Shown: one piece after another, positions 8,649-17,273 of the stretch
Layout of the letters: the number at the start of each line of letters is the position of its first letter
Position numbering within the stretch: the first letter of the stretch is position 1
From: Promethearchaeum syntrophicum
GTDB taxonomy: Archaea; Asgardarchaeota; Lokiarchaeia; Sigyniarchaeales; Promethearchaeaceae
Assembly (NCBI RefSeq): GCF_008000775.2
Contig: NZ_CP042905.2
Coordinates: forward strand, 3,510,001-3,542,000
DNA: 32,000 nt
Reading direction: 5' to 3'
Translations under genes and position numbers: made by a program
Notes under the pieces: model-generated
The model's input: only the letters and a program-made list of their open reading frames with translations
Database searches by the model: none
What the model was told of the DNA's origin: nothing

Positions 8649-10094
8649 ATGTCAGATGATAAGATAGTTGAATCAGAGCCTAAACCTCATTTAAAGCGAA
8701 TAATCACATTAGATTTTATCCGCGGATGCGCAATGATTGGTGTTCTCGGATTTCATTTACTTAACGTCGTTTATGATACAAACGCTCGAATTGATTTAGG
8801 AATTGAAAACCTTCCAATTGCATTTATTATTTTAGTAGCAATTTTAGGTTTTCTCGGATCCCTTTATCCAGCTTTTGTGTTAATTTCTGCAATTGGAAAC
8901 ACAATTTCAATGGATAAAAAATGGAAGAAATATGTAGTAAAAGCAGAAACACCGGAGAAACGGAAAATTGCCAGTTCTAAGATTTTAAAAACTCAGATTT
9001 TCCGAGGTTTATTTTTAATAATTGCCGATAAGATCATCGAAATTTTTCTAAATGGAGTTTTAACTTACACTCTAGCTTCCGAAACTGGAGAACGAATTAT
9101 AGGAAAAATGTTATCCGAATTATATCATGGTCAAATTTTATCATTAATTGGGTGGGGAATTCTTTTTACATCTATTGTGTATTTCATATGCAATAATAAG
9201 AATAAATCAAAGAAATTCACAAATACAACCCTTATTATTATTGGCATCGCTTTCATCGTTCTAACTCCTATTATTCTTATGATATTCGAAAGTGTACCAG
9301 GACTTGCGGGAAAACCAAATAACACTCTGGAAGACCGAACTTTTTGGGTGAATTTTTTATATGTTTTTCTATCACCAATCGCCAATGGCTGGTATCCGAT
9401 ATTTCCTGGTGTTTCAATTTTCTTTTTAGGCATGGTGATTGGTATAGAATTTTCTGAAGGAAATTTTTCAAAAAAAATTTTTAACCAAATAATCTATACA
9501 AGCCTGATTTATTTTGCAGCAGGACTTTTTTGGTTCATTTTACTTGAAGACGATAAATATACTAATGATATGTTAATTCCAACTGCGGGATCTTTACTAG
9601 GACTTGTAATATTGATATATTTTATAGAAATCAGAGGAAAAGGTACAGCCTTTGCGAGGAAAACAGTGTTTTTCAGAAGATTCGGTAATCTTTCGTTAAC
9701 TATTTGGGCATTACAATGGACTATGATGATTTTTCTACGGATTGTCCATTTAATTTTCTACGGTACATCAATATCTTTCATAGAAGGGCCAATTTTCAAT
9801 AGGGAATTGTCAGGAAACGCAACTTGGGGGTTATTTTTTGTTATGATCCCCCTTTGGTTTCTTATTCTTTGGAGCTGGGAGCATATAAATTATAAGGGGT
9901 CCTTAGAATGGTTATTTGCAAAGGTAATTTCTAAAGAAAGTTCAAAAGTAGACCTTAAATTTGCACTTCATAACGTTGATTCTGTTATCTCTAAAGATAA
10001 GGCTCAAATATTTTATAATCCATGGGAAATATTAGGCATATTCTTCCTCTTACTAATATATATGATTGGTTCCCTGGCAGTTCTTTTATTGTAG
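8649..10094 (+). CDS. Multi-pass DUF1624/acyltransferase-like membrane protein
   Basis: 481 aa, many hydrophobic segments, N-terminal RIITLDFIRGCAMIGVLGFHLLN (LDxxRGxA signature of heparan-N-acetyltransferase-like/acyltransferase_3-like proteins). Confidence 0.65.
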   Translation: MSDDKIVESEPKPHLKRIITLDFIRGCAMIGVLGFHLLNVVYDTNARIDLGIENLPIAFIILVAILGFLGSLYPAFVLISAIGNTISMDKKWKKYVVKAETPEKRKIASSKILKTQIFRGLFLIIADKIIEIFLNGVLTYTLASETGERIIGKMLSELYHGQILSLIGWGILFTSIVYFICNNKNKSKKFTNTTLIIIGIAFIVLTPIILMIFESVPGLAGKPNNTLEDRTFWVNFLYVFLSPIANGWYPIFPGVSIFFLGMVIGIEFSEGNFSKKIFNQIIYTSLIYFAAGLFWFILLEDDKYTNDMLIPTAGSLLGLVILIYFIEIRGKGTAFARKTVFFRRFGNLSLTIWALQWTMMIFLRIVHLIFYGTSISFIEGPIFNRELSGNATWGLFFVMIPLWFLILWSWEHINYKGSLEWLFAKVISKESSKVDLKFALHNVDSVISKDKAQIFYNPWEILGIFFLLLIYMIGSLAVLLL

Positions 10095-10321
10095 AGTGCA
10101 ACTTCATTCTTTTATATTAATTTTTTTTTAACCTCGAAATTCTTATAAATCTCATCAAAATTTCCCGAGTGAATTTCTAAATTGATTGGTTTTTTTTTCA
10201 TTTTATAGTTCTTTTTTAAGAAAGAGATTTATTTTTTTAATAGTTCATCCAATTCTTTAAATTTCAGTCACTTTGAATATTGGAAGGAAGATGATTTAAG
10301 AGATTTTGGGAGTAAATCAAT

Positions 10322-11575
10322 TTGTTTGGAGAAATTAAAACTATTTATCAGGAATATCCGAAAACATTCTGGATTTTGATGACGGCTACCTTTATAGATA
10401 GAATAGGTGGAGCACTCTTATTTCCATTCTTTGCGCTATATATAACAGATCATTTTGGAGTTGGAATGACAGAGGTAGGAATATTATTCGGTCTCTACGC
10501 AGCCGGAAGTATAATTGGAGGGATAGTAGGTGGCATAATTACAGATAAATATGGTCGAAAATTTATGCTGCTTTTTGGGTTAATTGCGAGTGCATCATTT
10601 AGTCTATTAATGGGATTTATAGATAATCTAAATGTTTTTTATAGTTTAGCTATTTTTTGGGGATTAGTTGGTGATTCTGGAGGACCGGCACAACGAGCAA
10701 TGGTTACAGATTTACTTGTTGAAGAAAAACGTGTTGAGGGATTTGGAGTCATTAAAATTATAGGTAATTTGGCAATTTCAATAGGACCGGCTATTGGGAG
10801 CTTTCTTGCTACTCGTTCCTTTTTATTGCTTTTTATTGCAGATGCAATAACTAGTTTAATAACAGCAATAATCGTTTTCATTACAATTCCTGAAACGAAA
10901 CCTGAGATAAAAATTGAAAATCCTAATCATTCAATCTGGCAAACCTTTATTGGCTATAAGGATGTCTTGAAAGATAGAATATTTATGGTATTTATGGCCA
11001 TTACTGCTTTAGTAACTTTAGTTTACATGCAAATGAATGGCACTCTCTCAGTATTTTTAAGAGATAACCACAGCTTTTCCACTGAGAAAATTGGTTGGTT
11101 ATTAAGTATGAATGCAGGAATGGTTGTGCTGTTTCAATTTTGGATCACACGCAAAGTTAAGAATTTTTCACCAATGATTATTACTGCTATTGGGACTTTA
11201 CTGTATGGAATAGGCTTTGGTATGTATGGTTTTATAAAATCAGATATCATGATGTTTATTGCTATGATCATTATAACGATTGGAGAAATGATTCGAGCTC
11301 CATTTACTTTATCTATTGTCTCAGATATCGCATCTGAAGATAATAGAGGAAGATATATGGCTGTTTTCAGTTTTTCATGGACATTTCCTACTTTATTTGG
11401 ATTATTAGTTGCTGGAACTCTTATGGATAATTATAATCAAAATTTAGTTTGGTATGGTGGAGGATTATTTTGCATTATTGGGGTATTATTTTATGTTCTT
11501 TTAAATAAGACATTTGAGAATAGGATTATCCTGTCGAAAGTAGAAAAAAATGCACTTGAAATTGCAATCGAGTAA
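10322..11575 (+). CDS. Major facilitator superfamily transporter
   Basis: 417 aa: about 12 TM segments, GGIVGGIITDKYGRKFMLLFGL loop 2-3 motif, ENRGRYMAVFSFSWTFP. Confidence 0.87.
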   Translation: MFGEIKTIYQEYPKTFWILMTATFIDRIGGALLFPFFALYITDHFGVGMTEVGILFGLYAAGSIIGGIVGGIITDKYGRKFMLLFGLIASASFSLLMGFIDNLNVFYSLAIFWGLVGDSGGPAQRAMVTDLLVEEKRVEGFGVIKIIGNLAISIGPAIGSFLATRSFLLLFIADAITSLITAIIVFITIPETKPEIKIENPNHSIWQTFIGYKDVLKDRIFMVFMAITALVTLVYMQMNGTLSVFLRDNHSFSTEKIGWLLSMNAGMVVLFQFWITRKVKNFSPMIITAIGTLLYGIGFGMYGFIKSDIMMFIAMIIITIGEMIRAPFTLSIVSDIASEDNRGRYMAVFSFSWTFPTLFGLLVAGTLMDNYNQNLVWYGGGLFCIIGVLFYVLLNKTFENRIILSKVEKNALEIAIE

Positions 11576-11675
11576 AATAATTTAACAAATGATTTTCATT
11601 TATTTTTCTTATTTTGTCCTTTCTTCAATCAATTTATTGAGTAAAAAATATAATTTACCTCACATTTATGTCCAT

Positions 11676-12419
11676 ATGCTTCACGCAATTACATTTGATC
11701 TATGGAACACCTTAATAGCAAATCGATTTTATGGAAATCAAAGACTCGATTATCTTATTGATTTCTTACACGATAATTCCTTTAAAGTTTCTTGGGATGA
11801 ACTCAAAGAAAAATATAATCGCGTATTAGAGAAGCACAGAACAACTGAGAAGAAATTTGGAATAATTCATTTTCAATTAGAAGATAGATTGATAGAACTT
11901 TTTACTTCTTTAAACTTGGATATAACTCCTATGCTTCTCAAGAAGATAATAGTAGATTTGGAAGATATAATGATGTTAGATCCTCCTCCTTTAATGGATA
12001 ATGTAAAGGAAACAATAGAATATTTGTCAAAAGATTTTAAATTGGGACTTATTTCTGATACAGGAATTACCCCTGGGAGAGTTTTACGAAAAGTCTTAGA
12101 AAAACATGAAATTCTACGTTATTTTCAAACAACTGTATTTTCAAATGAAACTGGGTACTTAAAACCTAGCAATGTTATGTTTGAAACTGCTTTAAAAGAG
12201 TTAGGGATTAAATCACCGAATGCACTCCATATAGGAGATTTACTGCAAACAGATATTAAAGGAGCTAAAGACTATGGGATGAAAGCAATTTGGATTTCAT
12301 ATGATAGAATTCCATTAGAAACTAATTCTAAAATTCAAATAACTCCTGATTTTATTATTTCAAATATCCAAGAAATAATTCCTATTGTTGAAAAACTAAA
12401 TAAAAAAAATGTAAAATAA
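11676..12419 (+). CDS. HAD-superfamily hydrolase; start likely at 11676 rather than 11589
   Basis: AITFDLWNTLI (motif I), LGLISDTGITPG (motif II), GDLLQTDIKGAKDYGMKAIWI (motif IV). The 29 residues before Met 11676 are hydrophobic and not part of the fold. Confidence 0.85.
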   Translation: MLHAITFDLWNTLIANRFYGNQRLDYLIDFLHDNSFKVSWDELKEKYNRVLEKHRTTEKKFGIIHFQLEDRLIELFTSLNLDITPMLLKKIIVDLEDIMMLDPPPLMDNVKETIEYLSKDFKLGLISDTGITPGRVLRKVLEKHEILRYFQTTVFSNETGYLKPSNVMFETALKELGIKSPNALHIGDLLQTDIKGAKDYGMKAIWISYDRIPLETNSKIQITPDFIISNIQEIIPIVEKLNKKNVK

Positions 12420-12433
12420 AAAACCGCAGAAAG

Positions 12434-13324
12434 CTATTGAATAAATGTTCCTGGAGGAAATACTTGTAATACAATAAGTCCCGTTGCAATAAAAATAATT
12501 GTTAATACTACAAATATTATAAATGGGACAAAGGTAATTAGTTTTGCATAAGAAATCTTAACTTTATCTGGGAAATCAGTTTTTTTCATCCATTTATCTG
12601 CAGCATCTAACAAGAAATTTATGAAATAAAGTAATACTACAACAATGATAAACTCTAATCCATAAAAATAAAAAGGCATATTATTAATTTGATTTGTGCT
12701 AATCACTCCTAATTCATTTCCAGGTGTCCAAAATGGCCATTTTTGTAAGAAAATTTTCGCTAAATAATATAAAAACCATGTAAACATGATCATTGGAGCC
12801 ATTTTTTTAAAATCAACAATTTTCTCATTCTTCTTGGCAGTATTGTAAAGAATAGTCACTCCCATTACCATTCCACAGATATGATTAAGGTCATAAAATA
12901 TCTGTAAGAAATATGAATGATATCGAAATATTTCCCATGTAAAAATATCTTTGGCTACAAATGGATTTATTGTTGAAAAGAAGCTTACTACGGGAAAAGC
13001 TAAGGTTGCTATTGAACCCTTTTTAAACCATTCATTCCCAGTGATTAACCCTATTACCGATCCTAATCCGGTGTAATAACAAATATATACTAAATTATGA
13101 AGATTGTTTGTTGAAGTGATTACTCGCTCACCTTCACTATTAAGAGACCAATCCATATCGGAAAAAATATTAATATCAAAATGCTGATTTATTCCATCAT
13201 ATCCATAGTTTAACCATTCGTAATGCCATCCATCCCAGAATAAATAGACGATAAAAATTAAAATATAGATGGATAAACAGATGTAACCCATTTTTCTCTC
13301 TTTTATGTTCTCATTTAATTTCAT
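12434..13324 (-). CDS. Uncharacterised polytopic (about 7 TM) membrane protein
   Basis: 296 aa, about seven hydrophobic helices. HxxC/His-containing helix YHSYFLQIFYDLNHICGMVMGVTILY. No family recognised. Confidence 0.6.
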   Translation of the reverse strand: MKLNENIKERKMGYICLSIYILIFIVYLFWDGWHYEWLNYGYDGINQHFDINIFSDMDWSLNSEGERVITSTNNLHNLVYICYYTGLGSVIGLITGNEWFKKGSIATLAFPVVSFFSTINPFVAKDIFTWEIFRYHSYFLQIFYDLNHICGMVMGVTILYNTAKKNEKIVDFKKMAPMIMFTWFLYYLAKIFLQKWPFWTPGNELGVISTNQINNMPFYFYGLEFIIVVVLLYFINFLLDAADKWMKKTDFPDKVKISYAKLITFVPFIIFVVLTIIFIATGLIVLQVFPPGTFIQ

Positions 13325-13387
13325 ATATTAATTTTTATAGAGGTTTAATATATAATTTTCTTTTCTGAACAAAAACAGCAAAAAAGA

Positions 13388-14326
13388 TTACACATTTCTG
13401 AACTTTTCCCCACAAGAACTACAAAAGGTGGCATCTTTTGGATTTTCAGTTCCACAAATTGGACAAAATTTTAAAATTGATTCTTTATCAGATGATAAAA
13501 AATTTATTGCAGAATCTAAGACTTCATCTTCAGATTGAACAGAATTGTAAAAATCTTTTTCCAGTGAATCTACAGGTAAAGAACCATCAGAAGTTTTAAT
13601 AGGGTCCACTAGTTTTACAGAACGAAAGTGGGATTTATCATCCTTAATTTCTAATAATTCAGATGGTTTTTCTTTCATATCTGGTATTAAACGTGAAAGT
13701 CTTGAGAAATCAACATTTAATTTTGGATAGGCACATTTCTCGAATTTGAAAGATTTTAAATGTCCTTCAACGGTGCCTAATGAAATTATGTTTAAATAAT
13801 TAGATTTCTTAAACCAGATTCTTTCCAGATTGGGTGCTTTAAGTAATGATAAATTAATTTTAAAGAAATTACAACCGTCCAAAAAAAACAAATTTTGCAG
13901 ATAAGGTAGATTAGTAGAACTATTAAAGATCTCAGATCTTTCCACATTCGAAAAATGCAAAGTATTGAGGTGATTATCCCCAGAAAATTGCCCTTTAAAC
14001 TTTATAAATTTTGAATTTTCAAATTTCCAACTGTAAAATTCAGGGAAAATACCCTTAATATCCATAATGTCAACATATTCAGTATTTGCAAAAAAAATTT
14101 GTTTGATTTTCGAAGATTTACTAAAATCAAGAGAAAATTCAAAATATCTACAACCAATAATTTCAATGTATTCAAGATTTGGCCAATTTTCTGAATTTAT
14201 TTTGAAGGTTCCATTTGTACAAAAATGAAATGATAGTTTTTTTGCATTTTTAGTGTCTTTATTTACACTTGAAATTGCTGCAGGCAATTGAAGATATTTT
14301 TTTTTCCGGAAAACAATTTCATGCAT
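13388..14326 (-). CDS. LRR-like/beta-solenoid protein with C-terminal zinc ribbon
   Basis: 312 aa, about eight tandem 23-24 aa repeats (e.g. HLNTLHFSNVERSEIFNSSTNLP / YLQNLFFLDGCNFFKINLSLLKAP / NLERIWFKKSNYLNIISLGTVEG) followed by FCPICGTENPKDATFCSSCGEKF. Confidence 0.7.
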   Translation of the reverse strand: MHEIVFRKKKYLQLPAAISSVNKDTKNAKKLSFHFCTNGTFKINSENWPNLEYIEIIGCRYFEFSLDFSKSSKIKQIFFANTEYVDIMDIKGIFPEFYSWKFENSKFIKFKGQFSGDNHLNTLHFSNVERSEIFNSSTNLPYLQNLFFLDGCNFFKINLSLLKAPNLERIWFKKSNYLNIISLGTVEGHLKSFKFEKCAYPKLNVDFSRLSRLIPDMKEKPSELLEIKDDKSHFRSVKLVDPIKTSDGSLPVDSLEKDFYNSVQSEDEVLDSAINFLSSDKESILKFCPICGTENPKDATFCSSCGEKFRNV

Positions 14327-14367
14327 TTAATTAAACCACTTATGAATGTAATCTAAAAATAAACATA

Positions 14368-15360
14368 TTAATTTTGAGTAAGATCAATTCGACCAGCTTT
14401 TTTTAACACATACAGAGCATCAAGAGTTACCCATGGATTAGACTTGCGTTTATTTACTCCCCCCCAATCTACGGGAGAAATATTACTTTTTGCAGAGCCT
14501 AAATAATACCTAGCCTCAGCGGGAAACCCTCCATCATCCAATCTTTTTTTTTCGAGGAGATCTAAAGCATCATTACATCGTTTATCTTTGATTCTGTTTG
14601 CTTCTGCGAGTACTTTTAATATGGAGAGAATCTCATAATGCCAATATGGGGGATAGGAGAGTTTTATCCATTTGGGATTAATAATTTCCCCTGTATGCAT
14701 ATTTTTATACAAATCACGTTTTAGGAATACTTCAGCAGCTCTATTGATAGCAATTTTAACTTCAGGTTTGTCAATTATGCTCGAATATAAATTTAAACTG
14801 CGCAATGGGAATAAACTTTCATTATATGACGAATTAATTGCTTTGGGTTTCTTATCACAGTTCCAACCACCATCATCCCATTGATATTTGATCAATCGAT
14901 CAGCTAATTGTGAACAACGCCCGTCATCCAATTTAAGATATAAAAGTGAATAAAGAGCATTTCCCTCCATGGATGCGCAAAATCGTTTGCGTCCATCAAT
15001 TGTTGGTTTTTTTAACCAGTGTTGATCACTAAACAACCAATCAAGTTCAAAGTTTCGACTGGGTATCAAGGATAAATCTCCAGGAGGATAACCCAAATCT
15101 GCAAGTACATATAAAATCCAATGAACACCATACCATTTATGATACACGCCTTTAGCGGGAATTTCTCCTTTTTTGGGTAAGTGTGAAAATAATGATTTAT
15201 ACACCCTAGATTTAGTTTTTATATTTTTAGTTAATTTCTTTACTTCATTAGATCCGTAGTCATGTTCTAGTAATTTTAAATATGTTTTTAACCGAATCGC
15301 AAGTTCTTTTGAGCCAATTAAGGTATTTATAATATTAGTCTTACTCAAAGTTAACACCAT
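14368..15360 (-). CDS. Prenyltransferase/squalene-cyclase-like alpha-alpha toroid protein
   Basis: 330 aa: LIKYQWDDGGWNCDKKP and KKRLDDGGFPAEARYY QW-like repeats, CASMEGNALYSLLYL. No obvious DxDD or DCTAE catalytic motif. Confidence 0.6.
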   Translation of the reverse strand: MVLTLSKTNIINTLIGSKELAIRLKTYLKLLEHDYGSNEVKKLTKNIKTKSRVYKSLFSHLPKKGEIPAKGVYHKWYGVHWILYVLADLGYPPGDLSLIPSRNFELDWLFSDQHWLKKPTIDGRKRFCASMEGNALYSLLYLKLDDGRCSQLADRLIKYQWDDGGWNCDKKPKAINSSYNESLFPLRSLNLYSSIIDKPEVKIAINRAAEVFLKRDLYKNMHTGEIINPKWIKLSYPPYWHYEILSILKVLAEANRIKDKRCNDALDLLEKKRLDDGGFPAEARYYLGSAKSNISPVDWGGVNKRKSNPWVTLDALYVLKKAGRIDLTQN

Positions 15361-15361
15361 T

Positions 15362-16363
15362 TCATTCTAGTTTGAAAATACCGCCACAACTGTATTGAAT
15401 TCCATTTATCCCTAAATGTATTCTATCATTACTTGCTATAGCAACTGCATTATTAATACCCTTCAGCACTCGTTCCATCATAAATTCGAAAGCATTTAAT
15501 AACTCAAGTGAAATCGTAAAATTTTTCTTTTCAAGAGCATCCGAGATATTTATCAGTAAGTCGGGGAGAAATTCAGTGCCGATCATAATTTTTTCCCCAT
15601 CAATCATATGATCACCGCTAAATGCAAAAGGATGGGGAACATCTAATTTCATAAAAAGAAATTTACTAACAAAGAGTGATGATTTTATCCCTCGCATCAT
15701 AAAATTGATCCCACTATTTGGTGTTTCTTTTCGTACATAAGTTAGCATAAGTCTTAACATATCTGAAGAAATTCTGGAAGTAAATAAATTCCTAGTATTT
15801 CGAGAGATAGTTTTTTTGGGTGAGATTAGATCAAAATATTTCAAAGTTGAATGGAAATAATAATCATTTAAGTAGTCTTTGACCGTTAGGGGGACATTTT
15901 CAGATTTTGGTTTATAAAAACTAAGATCGAATTTGTGTTCTGCAAGATGGTATAAGAAATTCTTAATAAGTAAATATTTTATTTTGAATCGATCTAATGC
16001 AAAAAATAGAGGAACTCGCGAGGCTGAATATGCGTCTACAGAACCCATCCTGCGGTGTCTAAAAGATGTTTTTTGCCATCGATTTCGCATTTCAATCGGT
16101 TTTAACCTATTATGGACATTATAATATCGATCAACGATATCTTTAAACATCTCGTCTTTGATATCCATTAGTTTGCAGAAATTCTTAGGATTTGGATTAC
16201 TCTGTATCACTTTTTCCATATTTTTATAGTTCCCATATATCAAAAGAATTGAGCTCATAACCTCAAGTTCTAAAATAGGGCGACATGGAATGAAAACTCG
16301 ATTAATATCGACATTTAAGGTATTTTCTAATGTATCAGATGAAATTAATATATCTTGGCTCAT
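15362..16363 (-). CDS. Hypothetical protein
   Basis: 333 aa intact ORF, 1 bp upstream of the toroid-like gene on the same strand. No recognised motif. Confidence 0.6.
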   Translation of the reverse strand: MSQDILISSDTLENTLNVDINRVFIPCRPILELEVMSSILLIYGNYKNMEKVIQSNPNPKNFCKLMDIKDEMFKDIVDRYYNVHNRLKPIEMRNRWQKTSFRHRRMGSVDAYSASRVPLFFALDRFKIKYLLIKNFLYHLAEHKFDLSFYKPKSENVPLTVKDYLNDYYFHSTLKYFDLISPKKTISRNTRNLFTSRISSDMLRLMLTYVRKETPNSGINFMMRGIKSSLFVSKFLFMKLDVPHPFAFSGDHMIDGEKIMIGTEFLPDLLINISDALEKKNFTISLELLNAFEFMMERVLKGINNAVAIASNDRIHLGINGIQYSCGGIFKLE

Positions 16364-16507
16364 GAAAAATCACAATTTTAACTATGGGGAAATTAATCCT
16401 TTGTTTTTTATTTTGAAATTCATCCAAATAAGTTCTTTTCTTTTTTCGTATTTCTTATTTTAGAAAATGAAATAATGGTTTGAAAATGGGAAAGATTAAT
16501 TGAATTA

Positions 16508-17218
16508 TCAAAGAAGAGATTTCGGATCAGGCAAATCTTCTTGAGCTTTAGCATCGAACATTGATCCCATACCCTGTCCGTTCGAAGAACGGGTAACTTT
16601 AAAAATTTTGTTTATTATTGTTGAAACAGTGAAACTACATAGCATATACCAACCGGTAAAACCGATAAAACCATGATCTATAACAATATTCCCTAAAACT
16701 GAATACATCTCTGATTGTAACATACTTGTAATAAAAACCGGAAATTCTTGCATAGGATTCATTGAACCACATGCAACAGGAAATTGCATTGAAGAACCTT
16801 CAAGAGTAAACATAGTCCGAATTATTGCGAAAAATATAAAAATAGGTAAAAGGGTAAAACAACCGGGTTTTATTTTCTGTAAACTCATCCTTTGTTCCAT
16901 TTTTTTAATACTGGGATCTCTTCGTTGCCACTTTGGATATTCATTAGCATATTTTTTTGGATTATCTTCTGATAATTGCAATAATTCTTTTTTTCTTTTC
17001 TTATGATTATTAATAACTTCTTGTAGGCGATTCATCTTATCATGATCAACTAAGACTTTGTTAAGAAAGGTCGAAAACAAGGAAACCAGAATGCTAACAC
17101 CGAATATAAACCATATTGAGACTGGAGGCGTCGTCAACCATAAAATAAAATCTACCCAAGCTAGTATCATACAATAATAATATATTAATGGGGTTAAAAA
17201 AACAATTCTGAAAACCAT
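16508..17218 (-). CDS. EMC3/TMCO1-like (archaeal DUF106, Oxa1/YidC superfamily) membrane protein; actual start may be 17170
   Basis: 236 aa: N-terminal TM, charged coiled region DHDKMNRLQEVINNHKKRKKELLQL...KKMEQRMSLQKIKPGCFTLLPIFIFFAIIRTMF, and C-terminal GFIGFTGWYMLCSFTVSTIINKIFK. Confidence 0.8.
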   Translation of the reverse strand: MVFRIVFLTPLIYYYCMILAWVDFILWLTTPPVSIWFIFGVSILVSLFSTFLNKVLVDHDKMNRLQEVINNHKKRKKELLQLSEDNPKKYANEYPKWQRRDPSIKKMEQRMSLQKIKPGCFTLLPIFIFFAIIRTMFTLEGSSMQFPVACGSMNPMQEFPVFITSMLQSEMYSVLGNIVIDHGFIGFTGWYMLCSFTVSTIINKIFKVTRSSNGQGMGSMFDAKAQEDLPDPKSLL

Positions 17219-17273
17219 TAGTTATCATTTATCTACTTATGAGAATAAAGAGAAAAAAGACAGAGTATTTCAG

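Noticed and set aside
14368-15360. Calling the toroid protein a squalene/oxidosqualene cyclase
   Set aside because: QW-like repeats are present, but I could not find the DxDD or DCTAE catalytic motif. Only a fold-level assignment is justified.
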